Part shown: piece after piece, positions 1 to 10,756 of the stretch
Numbering within the stretch: position 1 is the first letter of the stretch
Layout of the letters: each line of letters begins with the position of its first letter
Origin: a virus
Lineage: Duplodnaviria > Caudoviricetes
Reading direction: 5' to 3' (one strand)
IMG/VR virus record: IMGVR_UViG_3300021378_000024
Coordinates: 1 to 60,879 of that record
Length of the DNA stretch: 60,879 bases
Program-made: the position numbers and the translations under genes
The notes under the pieces: generated by a model
Databases searched by the model: none
What the model was told of the DNA's origin: nothing
Seen by the model: only the letters and a program-made list of their open reading frames with translations

Positions 1-149
1 CAAGTCCGATACAATGAACCGCGTGATCCTCAACGCCGCCGACATTGCCCGCACCTACTACGAAGGTGCCTTTGACGCCGAGAACCCGTCCGCACCGGCC
101 TGCTGGTCGCTGGACACCCGTGCCCCTGCACCGGAGGTGCCGGAGGAAA
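1..149. repeat. Terminal direct repeat / circular assembly overlap (copy 1)
   Basis: 1-149 matches 60731-60879 except positions 21 and 148; it falls inside a CDS that reads through the junction. Confidence 0.95.
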
Positions 150-760
150 ACCGCAAGGCCGCCCGCTGCGCGGACTGCCCAATGAACGTGAAGGGTTCCG
201 GCCAAGGAGAGTCGCGTGCATGTCGGTTCTCACAGCGGCTTGCTGTTGCGTTGGAGGGTGAGCTGGATACTGTCTATCAGTTGCAGCTGCCTGCGACGTC
301 GATCTTCGGCGAGGCCAAGGGTAACGTGATGGGCCTGCAGGCGTACATCAAGTTCCTGTCGGCTCACAAGACCCCGGCTATCGCGGTCTTGACCGAGATG
401 CGGTTCGATGAGGACGCCACGGCCCCGAAGCTGTACTTCCGCCCGGTACGTGGTCTGGACGAAGCCGAGCTGAGAGAGGCACTTGAGTCGCGTGACAGCG
501 AAGAGGCAACCAAGGCAATCACGTTCACCGTGTCGCAGGTTGATGGCGTGAAGCCCAAGGAGGAGGCCCCCAAGGCCAAAGCCAAGCCCGCGCCCAAAGT
601 CGAGCCCAAGGCCGCTGAGGCCGACGAGCCCGACGAGCCCGATGAGGGCGAAGCCGAGGACGACGAGCCCAAGAAGGTCTCCAAGACCAAAGCCGAACCC
701 AAGGTCGAACCCAAGACCGCAGACAAGCTGGCGTCCATCATCGACGGATGGGACGACTAA
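1..760 (+). CDS. Putative ssDNA-binding/annealing protein, 3' part (true start 60561 across the circular junction)
   Basis: ORF 14..760 is in frame with ATG 60561 via the overlap; acidic/Pro-Lys-rich C-tail ending GWDD; lies between helicase and primase. Confidence 0.55.
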   Translation, partial: KSDTMNRVILNAADIARTYYEGAFDAENPSAPACWSLDTRAPAPEVPEENRKAARCADCPMNVKGSGQGESRACRFSQRLAVALEGELDTVYQLQLPATSIFGEAKGNVMGLQAYIKFLSAHKTPAIAVLTEMRFDEDATAPKLYFRPVRGLDEAELREALESRDSEEATKAITFTVSQVDGVKPKEEAPKAKAKPAPKVEPKAAEADEPDEPDEGEAEDDEPKKVSKTKAEPKVEPKTADKLASIIDGWDD

Positions 761-825
761 TCCGCCCATAACCACAACAGCAGCCCCGCACGTCGGGGCT
801 GCGCATAATATAAAAGTGGCGGACC

Positions 826-3672
826 ATGGAGACCAACTCATTCCTCAAGCAGGTGCTTGCGCAGGGCGACAGCTACTGCGTGTTCGCGGCTAAGCCCGAC
901 GGCGCCAAGACCCAGAAGTTCTACCCAACGATCGAGCGCCTTTTGGCCGCCGCCGATCAGTTTGACGACAGCGGTTACGACGTCTACTTCGGCCTCGCCA
1001 CGTTCGACGACACAGGCGAGCGCAAGGCAAAGTACGCCATGCACATGCGTTCTTTGTTCGTGGACTTGGACTGCGGCCCCACAAAGGATTACGACGACCA
1101 GAAACAAGCCCTTGATGCCCTGCAGAAGTTCTGCAAGTCCGTCGGTATGCCGAAACCCCTCATGGTATCGAGCGGCTACGGTATCCACGCATATTGGCCC
1201 CTGACCGACGATGTTGAGATTGCAGACTGGAAGCCGGTGGCCGAGGCGCTGAAGCGCACGTCAGTGGCCCGTGGCCTGTACATAGACACCAGCGTCACGG
1301 CCGATGCGGCTCGCATCCTGCGTATGCCGGGCACACGCAACCACAAGCGCGACACCCCCGTGCCGGTGGAGATGCTGGCCGGGGGCAAAGTTCAGGCCCA
1401 CCCGTTGTCGTTTTACGCAGACCTGCTGGCCGCCGAGGCCCCGGTGCCGAAACCGGCGGGGAAGCTGTTCGACAACATCACGATGAGTGCCGACGACGAC
1501 CCGGTGATGCAACGCCTGCTGCGGAACCGGGAGTCCTCGTTCAAGCAGATCATGGTCAAGACGGCAGCCGGGCACGGCTGTGCGCAGCTGGGCTATGCGG
1601 TGCAGAACCAAGCCGACGTCGACGAGCCGCTGTGGCGGGCGACGCTGTCCATCGCCAAGTTCTGCGCCGACGGCGACAAGGCTGCGCACAGGGTGTCGGC
1701 CGGGCACCCGGACTACAGCTCCGAGGCCACCGAGGCCAAGATGGTCGGCATCAAGGGGCCATACACCTGCGAGACGTTTGCCTCAACCCGCCCGGGTGGC
1801 TGTGACGACTGCCCACTGCGTGGCAAGATCACGTCGCCGATCCAGTTGGGCACGGTGATCCCCGAGGCCGAGACCGAGGAGGTCGAGGGCGCGGACGGCG
1901 AGCCGACAGTTGTGTATAAGGACACCGGCGGGCTGATCCCGCCGTATCCGCCCCCCTTCAAGCGGATGAGCTCCGGCGGCGTGGCCGTCAGGCAGAAGAA
2001 CGACGATGGGGACTACGAGGACGTCATGATCTACATGCACGACCTCTACTATACGAAGCGTGTGGTAGACCCAGAGGCAGGAGAGTGCATTATAGGTCGG
2101 CTTCACCTGCCCAACGACGGGGCACGTGAGTTCGCGGTTCCACTGGTTTCGGCGACGTCGAAAGAGGAACTTCGCAAGATACTATCGAAATACGGCGTCG
2201 CTGTTGGCGCAAAGAGATGGGAGCACATCATGGCATATACGCAAGCGTGGATTGAACAACTGCAGGTCACGACCATTGCAGACAACGCCCGGACGCAGTT
2301 CGGCTGGACTGACGACCAATTCACATCATACGTGGTTGGCGACCGCGAAATCTTCGCGGACCGTGTGGGCTATAACCCACCTTCGTCCAAGACGTCGTTC
2401 CTGTTCCCGGCATTCAAGCCGCGCGGCAGCCTTGAGGGCTGGGTTGAGCAGGCGAAGTTCTACAACCGGCCCGGGTTGGAGCCATATCAGTTTGTCGTCT
2501 GTCAGGCGCTTGCCGCCCCGCTCATGCGGTTCATGCCCGTGCATGCTGCGATCTTCGACTTCTACAGTGACGGGTCAGGTCATGGTAAATCTACCACCCA
2601 GAAGTTCGCCCTGACGGCCTACGGGGACCCGAGCGACCTCATTGTCGGGCCCAAGGACACGCTCAACGCCCGCATGAACCGCATGGAGCTTATGAAGGAC
2701 GTGGCGCTGCAGTTCGACGAGTTTACGGAGTTCCCGGCGGAGGACACCTCGGACCTCATATACGGCGCCACTGACGGCCGCCAGAAAGCCCGCATGGCTT
2801 CGGGGAGCAACGAAGAGCGGTACAGGGGTGACGCGTGGCACACGACGCTCACAGCCTCGTCGAACCACTCTATGCTGGCCAAGGTCTATGCCCGCAAGGC
2901 GACGCCGGAGGCGGAGGTGCAGCGGGTGCTGCGTTACCATGTACAGCCCCACAACTTCACGGACAAGCATGAGACGGACGTGTTCGCCAAGGGCGTCGGC
3001 AACAACTGCGGCCACGCCATCGAGGTGTTCGTGCAGCGCATCATGCAGGATGCGGAGACAACGCGGGAGCTGCTGAACACCATCCAAGCCAAGATCGACA
3101 GAGATTGCGACCTCACAATGAAGAACCGCTTCTGGTCCGTGCAGGGGGCTGTGGCTATGGCCGCACTCGTGCTGGCCCGGGACGCGGGACTGCTGACATA
3201 CGACCCGGCCGCGCTCTACAAGTGGATCATCGACCTCATCAAGGCGAACAAGGCGGACGCAAACAGCTCGGTGGTCTCGATCGACACCCTCGTCAACGAC
3301 TTCGTGCATGAAAACTACGGCAGCATCCTGTGGATCAAGAGCACCGAAGACCTGCGCGGTGGGAACAACGGCAACGGCCTAGACAGCCTCGTCGTCCCGG
3401 AGATGCAGCCCCGGGCCACGCTGGTGGCCCGCTATGAGACCGACATCAAGAAGCTCTACATCGCACTGAAGCCGCTCAAGTCGTGGTGTGTGAAGCAGCG
3501 GTTGAACTACGACTCGGTCGTGAAACAAATGGCGGAGAAATATGGTGCGCAGAAGATCAAGATACGCATGAGCAAGGGCACGAAGTTGAACCTGCCGACC
3601 GCCAGCGTCATCGCCATCGACTGCAGCGGTCTGGACCTACCGGAGGGGCCTGATGGAGGTGCTGAAACTTGA
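826..3672 (+). CDS. Primase-helicase (AEP/RepB-like primase, Cys cluster, DUF927-like region, P-loop NTPase)
   Basis: FVDLDC, SSGYGIHAYW and RILRMPGTRNHK primase motifs; CxxC cluster; Walker A GSGHGKST and Walker B QFDE. Confidence 0.85.
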   Translation: METNSFLKQVLAQGDSYCVFAAKPDGAKTQKFYPTIERLLAAADQFDDSGYDVYFGLATFDDTGERKAKYAMHMRSLFVDLDCGPTKDYDDQKQALDALQKFCKSVGMPKPLMVSSGYGIHAYWPLTDDVEIADWKPVAEALKRTSVARGLYIDTSVTADAARILRMPGTRNHKRDTPVPVEMLAGGKVQAHPLSFYADLLAAEAPVPKPAGKLFDNITMSADDDPVMQRLLRNRESSFKQIMVKTAAGHGCAQLGYAVQNQADVDEPLWRATLSIAKFCADGDKAAHRVSAGHPDYSSEATEAKMVGIKGPYTCETFASTRPGGCDDCPLRGKITSPIQLGTVIPEAETEEVEGADGEPTVVYKDTGGLIPPYPPPFKRMSSGGVAVRQKNDDGDYEDVMIYMHDLYYTKRVVDPEAGECIIGRLHLPNDGAREFAVPLVSATSKEELRKILSKYGVAVGAKRWEHIMAYTQAWIEQLQVTTIADNARTQFGWTDDQFTSYVVGDREIFADRVGYNPPSSKTSFLFPAFKPRGSLEGWVEQAKFYNRPGLEPYQFVVCQALAAPLMRFMPVHAAIFDFYSDGSGHGKSTTQKFALTAYGDPSDLIVGPKDTLNARMNRMELMKDVALQFDEFTEFPAEDTSDLIYGATDGRQKARMASGSNEERYRGDAWHTTLTASSNHSMLAKVYARKATPEAEVQRVLRYHVQPHNFTDKHETDVFAKGVGNNCGHAIEVFVQRIMQDAETTRELLNTIQAKIDRDCDLTMKNRFWSVQGAVAMAALVLARDAGLLTYDPAALYKWIIDLIKANKADANSSVVSIDTLVNDFVHENYGSILWIKSTEDLRGGNNGNGLDSLVVPEMQPRATLVARYETDIKKLYIALKPLKSWCVKQRLNYDSVVKQMAEKYGAQKIKIRMSKGTKLNLPTASVIAIDCSGLDLPEGPDGGAET

Positions 3673-3874
3673 CGACGTCGGGCCCGACGGGGTCCGCTTC
3701 GTTATCGACTGGGACCGGTTTCGTGTCGGCGACTCCGTATTTATACCGTGCGTGAACGTGAAGCTGGCACACAAGCAGGTGGTGGGGATATTTGAGCGCC
3801 ACGGGTGGTCACTGCGTATTCACGTGAGCACCGAACACAACATTTTGGGGGTTCGCATCTGGCGGACAGCATGA
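3653..3874 (+). CDS. Hypothetical protein
   Basis: 73-aa ORF overlapping primase stop; ends GVRIWR. Confidence 0.7.
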   Translation: MEVLKLDDVGPDGVRFVIDWDRFRVGDSVFIPCVNVKLAHKQVVGIFERHGWSLRIHVSTEHNILGVRIWRTA

Positions 3875-3924
3875 TATTGTGTGCTTGTCTGTGGGTGGTT
3901 CTCCACAACTTCACTGTCCAACTG

Positions 3925-3953
3925 GCCCCGCACGAAAGTGCGGGGCTTTTTTA
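3925..3953 (+). terminator. Rho-independent terminator between the convergent arms
   Basis: GCCCCGCAC-GAAA-GTGCGGGGC followed by TTTTTT. Confidence 0.9.
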
Positions 3954-6900
3954 TTGGAAGATGGAGGGCGGCCCGAACTGCTCCGTGAGTGAGCGAATGT
4001 ACGCCTCATTGCGCGGGCTGTACGAAACGCCGTGGTGGGTCCGTGCGGTTGTACGCAGGTGGCTTGTGAGCGAGTCTCTCAACGTATCGCCCGTAATGGC
4101 GTTACCCGGGTGACGCTGGTTAAACTCTCGGATATCGGCGTCAATTTCCCGTACCCGTTCGAAGTCTCCTTGGCGCATCGCAACGTAGCGCTGCTTAAGA
4201 AGCCGTGTGCGCTTTCCGTCGATCGCGTTGTTGACCCTCGTCCCGAGCGTATTTATCGCCAGCTGCTGTGCGTACTGCGCCGGCATGAAGCCGAGCGCCT
4301 GTGCAGCCACACTGAATGGGCCGATGTCGTCTATGATCGGATCGTACCGCATGGTGCGAATACCTTCGTCCCCGAACCGAACTGCGCGTGCCACGTTGGC
4401 GGCAGCCGAGGGCAGCATCGCTTCGAGCGCTCTCTGGTACTCTCCATCCGACAACAGTGACGGCACCCGGTCAAAGTACTTGAGCCCAAGACCGAGGACA
4501 GGCCCGCCGACCCCCTCCAGCACTTGGTAGGGCAGTGGTAGCTGGTCGGAGGCAAACCCCGGGCGGTAGATAGCACCGCCGAGACCGATACGCTCGGAGA
4601 TGCGGGTGTTTGTCAGGAAGTCCACCAGACCGTATGACCCTGCTTCTCCGAGGGTGGTGCGCACCACGGTCTCGAAGTCTGGCTCATCGTCGTCGGCCAG
4701 CAGAAGGTCATACAGCCAGCCAATCTGCTGCATGAGCGGTAAGCCCATGGCGCCGGCCATGAGGCTCATCATGCCCATCATGCCGCCCAACTGCCGCTGG
4801 GCGATGCGGCGGTCTTCGGGGTTGTTTGTGCCGAACGGGTTGGCACGCAGGGCTGTCTGCCCCACCAAGTTTAGCATGGACAGCGGGTGCCGCTTGAACA
4901 GGTAGAGGATAGCGCCGATGTCACTCTGCGACGCCATCGGACCTGCCGCGGCGTAGATCGGACCGTTTGTCTTCTCCGACGTGTTTACGGCGCTCTCGGC
5001 GGCCGCGCTGGCTTGTGCGGGTGTCGGCTTCAGCGTGCCGTCGCGGAGCTGTGCGATAAAGTCGCCGATGTTTTCGGTGTTCCCCATCTGGGACTGCAGG
5101 TCGAGGTGGTATGCCGACAGCAGGGCTGTCTCCCGCGAATAGCGTTCCGCATGGTGCTGCATGATGCCGGTGGCCGCGGAGATACGCTGGAACCGCGTTG
5201 GCTGCTCGCCGAGCAGCTCGTCCTGCAAGAGAGACCGGTTGAACACGCCGTTGCGTTTGGCCGTCTCGTGCAGCTGGGCGAGGTAGGCGTTGGTGGGGTC
5301 GCTGAGGTCGAGGTTGTCGACCGAGTAGTCCCAAATACGCACTGGCACCCGGACAGTCTCGATCTGTCCGTTTTCTCCGACACGTTCGATAGTGCGCTCC
5401 CGGCCCGTAGCCGTAAGGATGCGCTGCGCTGCGCCGATCGCGCCGAGAGTGTTGCGCATGCCGTAACGACCCGACAGGAACGGTGCCACGAAGAGTGGCA
5501 CCTGCGACATGGTGATGAGCGCGGTCGACACGTTGAAGCCTAGCGTCAGCATATAGGTGCCGCCGGTCAGGGCGCGGGACCACCCAGCACGCTGCTTGAA
5601 CGGCACTGTGGTGTAGTCGGACAGGAGATCGTGGTACCGCGCCACCTCCGCCCGCCGACTTGCGAGCTGCGCCTGCGTCAATGTGCGGTCCGGCTTCGCT
5701 TGGAACTCGTTGTACTCTCGTTCCAACTGCGTGCGTAGCCCGGAGAACTCCGCGCCATACTTGAGGTCAGCGGTCTGCCGCGCGATGCGCATACTGCTTT
5801 CCCGCAGGTTCTTAACCGTGTCACCTGCGGTGAGGCCCTTGGTAATTGGGGTGAAGTCTGCGATGAACCCGCGGACATTTGCACGGCGCCGGAAGGAGTT
5901 GACGAACGAGGTCTCCGGCAGGGTGTCGAACATGAGCTCGATCACCTGCCCTTTTACGCTCTCGTCCATGGTGTCGGACCCATCAATGGTGTCGAGCACT
6001 CGAGCTACGAACTCCATAGGCACGCGGGCCCGGGCCTTCATGCTGCCGACGTTCTGGTAGGACTCGATGTTGCGAATCTGCTGGTCTGCCGGAGCGGACT
6101 CCAACATCCGCACCGCCGCTGCCCGCTGCAGCTCACTGTCGAACGAGTGCTTGAACACCTCAGTGCGGCCGGTTTCTGGGTCGATCGCCTCGTAGGCTAA
6201 CCAGTATTCACCTGCACGACGCAGTGGCTGGTAGGGGTCGATCAGCTGGCCCGCGAGGATCTTTTCGTAGACAATGCCATAGACTTTGTCCTGCAGGGCT
6301 TTTTGGTTCGGGAGCAGGGCCTCCAACCGCGCACGGATGGCTTCCGTGAGCTCCTTGCCGAGTGCCACGGGCATCTCGAACGAACGGCCGACGGCCGACT
6401 TCACGTCTGCGGGGAGCGTGTCGTATACGGCTCTCAGACGGTCGTAGGTCTGTAGCTGTTCCGGGTCCGCTTCGAACCCGCGACGCGCCCGTGCTCGCGG
6501 CGGGGCGTCCGCCGGCAGCTTGCTGTTGTATGCCTGAAGGGCCACGTTGCGGTCCACCTCGGTCTTATACCGCTTGGACTCTTTCGTGGCGATGCGGTTC
6601 CCATCCGCGTCAAGGATAGCGTAGCGGTACGAGTAGCCCTCGTATGCTGAGCGGGGTTTGCGCACGTCGACTTCGTTGAGCGTGCCTTGGAAGAGCACAC
6701 GGTTGAAGTTGTCTATGACGTCTTGCTTGGTGCGGTACCCGGCGAGGTTTTTGGCAATAACCTCCGTCGTTTGCATGACAAGACTGCTGACGCGCTGGAT
6801 CTCAGCCTGATGGCCCATGATGGCGTCGTGCACGCGGCGGGCACTGGGTAGATACCTTGCAGCTGCGTCGGCCACGTAGTCAAGCGGCATGAACATGCGC

Positions 6901-9900
6901 ATGAACGTGTCTTTCCAGCTTGATGGGATGTTGGTGTCTCGCAGCACCCGGCGCGTCTGTTCGAGGTCGGCCTTTGTCGGTACGCGTACTTGGTTCGCGG
7001 CGTTACGCAGGACTTCGCGGGCGCCGCCCGGTGCAAACGAAGCGCCAAGTATCTCGCCGCTCTGCATCTCGTTCGGGTTCGCTGCCAGCACGGCGTCTAG
7101 CGCACGGTCAAGCGTGGTGAGGACGGCGTCTGGCTTGATGGGCGAGCGGCCCACGATGCTACGCAGGAAGTTCCGCATGATGTACTTGAACTCTTGCCAC
7201 GCCGGGTAGGACTTGCCCTCGGTGTTTACGCTGCTCAGGTTCCGGCGGAACACGGGGTTCGTCATGCCTTCGGTCAGCAGTTCTCGCACGTTGCTCAGGC
7301 CATACTCGTTGGCCGGCATGAACTTCAGCAGGTTGACTCGCAGCTTGTCCAGCTGACGCGACAGCGGGTGCGACGGGTTAGCCAGCGTGGCGTCGGCCAC
7401 GCGGTGCACGGCCTCGTGTAGCACCAGTTCCGGCGATATGGGTGACGTCTCGTTGAACAATATCTGGCCGCCGTACTGCTCGATCAGATCGGCCGCGGCG
7501 TCGTGGCCTTCCCGACGCATCGCAGCGATCTGGGCCTCGTTGCGTGGATGCACGTAGACGCCGGCCGGCGTTTCGACCCCGAGAGACGGTGTCTCCGGCG
7601 AGATCTCCGCACGGATGCTGTTCATGACCTCCGGTGCAACGACTTGGACCCGCGTGTCCGCGATCCGAGACATCAGCTTGCCCGCCAGCTGGCGGAGGGT
7701 GGCCGACGGTGCTGTGATAGCCAGACCTTGCAAGGCGCCCTTGAGGTCGCCTGCACGGATGAGCGCTTCGACTCGTGGGTGGGCACGGCCCGGCCACTCC
7801 ATAACGCCGGCGAAACTCGACAGGTCGTAGGCCCGGAGGTCTTCGGATGCGAAACCGAGATCAGCTGCAGTATCGGCATCGGCGGTCGTGTCGCCGTAAG
7901 TCTCGCGGATGATCTCGTTGACCTCGGACTCGCGCATCCGGGCCCGCTGGCGTCTTACGTCACGTGCCTCGGAGGCAGCCTCGTAATCCACTGGGCGGTA
8001 GTCGTTGAACGTATAGTCCGCCACGGTCTTGCGTGTCTGCTCGGACAGGTTGTCCCTGATCCAGCGTGCCGCACGGAGCGCCGCCTCAGTGCCAGTGCCC
8101 TTGTAGAACTCCGCTTCATCCGCTGTCTCGAACTCAGTCTCGCGGCGGAACGCCGACTCCCGCTGGTTCTTGTCCGCAATCATGTTCTGCGCTTGGTCGT
8201 ATGCGATCGCACGCAGGGCAAAGTCCGTGTCTGGGGACATACTAAAGTAGACGAACGCCGCACGTTCCGGCGTAATCTTACCCTTCGCCCGCTGCTTCGG
8301 AGCCTTCTGCAGGAGTGCTGCCACCCGCTCCATGTCGACCGCGGGCATCGGTGACGGCTCGACGTCGGTGCCGGCAATGCGGGCCCGTCCGGCAGCTTTC
8401 TCTGGCGATGCGTTGGTCTCATACCACGCAGCTATGGCGTCCTGAGCAGCGGCCTTGTCCTGCGCCTCCTGTGCGGCGATGGCCTGCGCTACATCGGGGT
8501 CAACCTCAACGCCCTCCGGCGTGATGCGGGGTGCAGGGGCAACTGGGGCAGGGATAACCTGACCGGTGTCAGACACCGTCATGCCCGGCTGCAGCGTGGT
8601 CGTAATTGGCGCCGCCGTGGCGGGGCGCTTTGGAGTGGTGGTTGCCGGTGGCACCGCCTCCGGCGTGGGCACATCCTCCGGCGTGGGCACATCCTCCGGC
8701 GTTGCCGCAGTCTCGGGAGCAATACGCGCAACAGGACCTTCCGCCAACTTACGTTTGTCTGGGAGCGTCTGGTGCCTGCGTACAGATTCGCCACGTGGGT
8801 CTGGCACCCACTGGCCTTCGACCCGCTTCACCGGCTCTACGGTAACGGACCAATCGCCATTGGGATCGACGTCAAAGGACAGCACGCGGTCATTGCCACC
8901 ATAGGACTCGACGATATTGCCCGGAGCGAAGTAGTCGCGCAGTGGCTCTAGCTGGCGTTCACGCTTGGCCGGCAGTGGCGTTGGCGTCAGTGCATCGGGC
9001 TGTGCTCCCTCTGCCACGCTAGGCTCAGGTGCGCCCAGAACAGCTCCTCCCACTGGTCCGAGCTCAGGTGCTTCAGCAGGGGTGGGCTCAGGTTCTCCGG
9101 CGACAGGTTCAGTGCTAGGCTGTTCGCTACCACGCTCAAACCCATCTCCACCTCGCTGTTCGTCAGGCTCGACAGGTCCACTTGGCGTAACTTCGGCATC
9201 GGCAGTCTCCTGTGTTATGGGCAGGTCGGGCTCCGCTTCGACCGGCGCAGGTTCTGCTGCCCGCTGCAGGTACTCGTTCACCGGCGCTGCACGCTCGGAC
9301 GTCGTCGCAGCGGCGAACTTGGCGAGACGTGCACGGAACGCTTCGGCGTCTTTGACAGCACCGGACTTCACAGCTTTGCGCACGGCGGCCGTTCGAGGCA
9401 CGCCAAGTTCGTCGAGAACCGCAGCGTAATCGACAGCGGCTGCCTCTGGCTCTTTTGGCGTTTGAGGGACGGTCGGCGTAGCCACCGTAGCCGGCAGCTC
9501 AGGCTGCCGTAGGTCCACGCCCATGTCTTCTGCATAGGCTTCCAGTGGCGGTGTGGGCGGGCCCATGTCGACCTCAACCGCCGTGCGGTTGCGCAGCGCA
9601 CGCACCAGAGGCCGGAACTTCTGCTGGTCGGCCAGACCCTCAGCGGCAAGGTATGCCAACGTCTCTCGTGCCGCCTGCGCCTCGGCCTGCTCGCGGGGCA
9701 GCTGTGCGCCTTCTTCGATGACGGCGGCACGTTCATCGAAATACGCACGGGCGTCTGCAATGTCGGGGTCGACACGTATGCCGCCCGGGGCCGCAGGTGC
9801 CGGTTCTTCTACACTGGGTGCAGGGAGGGCTAGCCGCGGTGCCTCTGGTTCTGCCTCTGCCGCAGGTACCGGCGCAGAAGAACGCCTGCGGCCGATGGCG

Positions 9901-10736
9901 AGGTCAAGCAACCCCTGCACGATGCCACCAACGCCGGCGCCGTAGCCGAACGCCTCGCCGGTGCCGGTGAAGGCACCTTGATCTGGGTCATAGATACCCT
10001 GCTGGATCAGGTTCTGGGCCACCTCGGTTGCGGCCTCCTGCGCACCTTCGACTCCACCCTGAGCAGCAATGCGACGGATACGACTGAGCATGGTCCCGGT
10101 AAAATCGGCACCGAGCACGCGCTCAAGCCTCTTCAATGGGATCAGTTCGAAGGCCCCAACGGGGGCACCAAGCAGCGCAGCGGCACTGCGTTCGTCTGGC
10201 GTCGCCCCGGCGGCCCGAGCCCGTTCGCTGGCCTCACCACTGCCGGCGCCGATTGCTAGGCCGGGCGCGAGGAACGCACCGCCCGGGAGAACCGAAGTCA
10301 GCGCAAGCGCACCGAACGACCCGAGGCCTTCGCTCAGCGTGCCGATACCTTCGGCCACAGGCCGACCCTCAAACCCGATGTCCGGCTGTAGGTTAGATTG
10401 CAGATAGCGAGACGCCCCAAGGATACCTTCACGCACCGGGGTTTCAAACCGCTCTGGCAGCAACGCTGCAGCACCGAGCGCCGCTTGCTGGCCAAGGCCG
10501 GCGCCGCCTCGCAGAATCCCCTTCGGTATCTCCCCGAGGTAGTCAAGGAAGCCTGAACCTTCGGCACCGGGGGCTTCCCGGTCCAAGGTGGTGCGGTATT
10601 CCTGCGCGTAGCCTGCCTCGCGCTGGCGGATCAGCGCATCAATGCGCTGCTGTTCATCCGCCGTCGGTCGGTCTCCCGCAATACGAAATCCATATTGCCG
10701 ACCACTGATCGTGCCCGGGATTACAACTTCGGCCAT
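3951..10736 (-). CDS. Large internal virion/ejection protein (polyvalent type) with zincin-like HExxH domain
   Basis: 2261 aa; last gene of the structural operon; LVLHEAVH...ELLTEG motif; Pro/Glu-rich linkers. Confidence 0.75.
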   Translation of the reverse strand: MAEVVIPGTISGRQYGFRIAGDRPTADEQQRIDALIRQREAGYAQEYRTTLDREAPGAEGSGFLDYLGEIPKGILRGGAGLGQQAALGAAALLPERFETPVREGILGASRYLQSNLQPDIGFEGRPVAEGIGTLSEGLGSFGALALTSVLPGGAFLAPGLAIGAGSGEASERARAAGATPDERSAAALLGAPVGAFELIPLKRLERVLGADFTGTMLSRIRRIAAQGGVEGAQEAATEVAQNLIQQGIYDPDQGAFTGTGEAFGYGAGVGGIVQGLLDLAIGRRRSSAPVPAAEAEPEAPRLALPAPSVEEPAPAAPGGIRVDPDIADARAYFDERAAVIEEGAQLPREQAEAQAARETLAYLAAEGLADQQKFRPLVRALRNRTAVEVDMGPPTPPLEAYAEDMGVDLRQPELPATVATPTVPQTPKEPEAAAVDYAAVLDELGVPRTAAVRKAVKSGAVKDAEAFRARLAKFAAATTSERAAPVNEYLQRAAEPAPVEAEPDLPITQETADAEVTPSGPVEPDEQRGGDGFERGSEQPSTEPVAGEPEPTPAEAPELGPVGGAVLGAPEPSVAEGAQPDALTPTPLPAKRERQLEPLRDYFAPGNIVESYGGNDRVLSFDVDPNGDWSVTVEPVKRVEGQWVPDPRGESVRRHQTLPDKRKLAEGPVARIAPETAATPEDVPTPEDVPTPEAVPPATTTPKRPATAAPITTTLQPGMTVSDTGQVIPAPVAPAPRITPEGVEVDPDVAQAIAAQEAQDKAAAQDAIAAWYETNASPEKAAGRARIAGTDVEPSPMPAVDMERVAALLQKAPKQRAKGKITPERAAFVYFSMSPDTDFALRAIAYDQAQNMIADKNQRESAFRRETEFETADEAEFYKGTGTEAALRAARWIRDNLSEQTRKTVADYTFNDYRPVDYEAASEARDVRRQRARMRESEVNEIIRETYGDTTADADTAADLGFASEDLRAYDLSSFAGVMEWPGRAHPRVEALIRAGDLKGALQGLAITAPSATLRQLAGKLMSRIADTRVQVVAPEVMNSIRAEISPETPSLGVETPAGVYVHPRNEAQIAAMRREGHDAAADLIEQYGGQILFNETSPISPELVLHEAVHRVADATLANPSHPLSRQLDKLRVNLLKFMPANEYGLSNVRELLTEGMTNPVFRRNLSSVNTEGKSYPAWQEFKYIMRNFLRSIVGRSPIKPDAVLTTLDRALDAVLAANPNEMQSGEILGASFAPGGAREVLRNAANQVRVPTKADLEQTRRVLRDTNIPSSWKDTFMRMFMPLDYVADAAARYLPSARRVHDAIMGHQAEIQRVSSLVMQTTEVIAKNLAGYRTKQDVIDNFNRVLFQGTLNEVDVRKPRSAYEGYSYRYAILDADGNRIATKESKRYKTEVDRNVALQAYNSKLPADAPPRARARRGFEADPEQLQTYDRLRAVYDTLPADVKSAVGRSFEMPVALGKELTEAIRARLEALLPNQKALQDKVYGIVYEKILAGQLIDPYQPLRRAGEYWLAYEAIDPETGRTEVFKHSFDSELQRAAAVRMLESAPADQQIRNIESYQNVGSMKARARVPMEFVARVLDTIDGSDTMDESVKGQVIELMFDTLPETSFVNSFRRRANVRGFIADFTPITKGLTAGDTVKNLRESSMRIARQTADLKYGAEFSGLRTQLEREYNEFQAKPDRTLTQAQLASRRAEVARYHDLLSDYTTVPFKQRAGWSRALTGGTYMLTLGFNVSTALITMSQVPLFVAPFLSGRYGMRNTLGAIGAAQRILTATGRERTIERVGENGQIETVRVPVRIWDYSVDNLDLSDPTNAYLAQLHETAKRNGVFNRSLLQDELLGEQPTRFQRISAATGIMQHHAERYSRETALLSAYHLDLQSQMGNTENIGDFIAQLRDGTLKPTPAQASAAAESAVNTSEKTNGPIYAAAGPMASQSDIGAILYLFKRHPLSMLNLVGQTALRANPFGTNNPEDRRIAQRQLGGMMGMMSLMAGAMGLPLMQQIGWLYDLLLADDDEPDFETVVRTTLGEAGSYGLVDFLTNTRISERIGLGGAIYRPGFASDQLPLPYQVLEGVGGPVLGLGLKYFDRVPSLLSDGEYQRALEAMLPSAAANVARAVRFGDEGIRTMRYDPIIDDIGPFSVAAQALGFMPAQYAQQLAINTLGTRVNNAIDGKRTRLLKQRYVAMRQGDFERVREIDADIREFNQRHPGNAITGDTLRDSLTSHLRTTARTHHGVSYSPRNEAYIRSLTEQFGPPSIFQ

Positions 10737-10756
10737 AGCAGGCTACCTCATGGTGA

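Noticed and set aside
1-149. Terminal repeat as a biological DTR
   Set aside because: It lies mid-gene and is about one read long, so it is most consistent with circular assembly overlap
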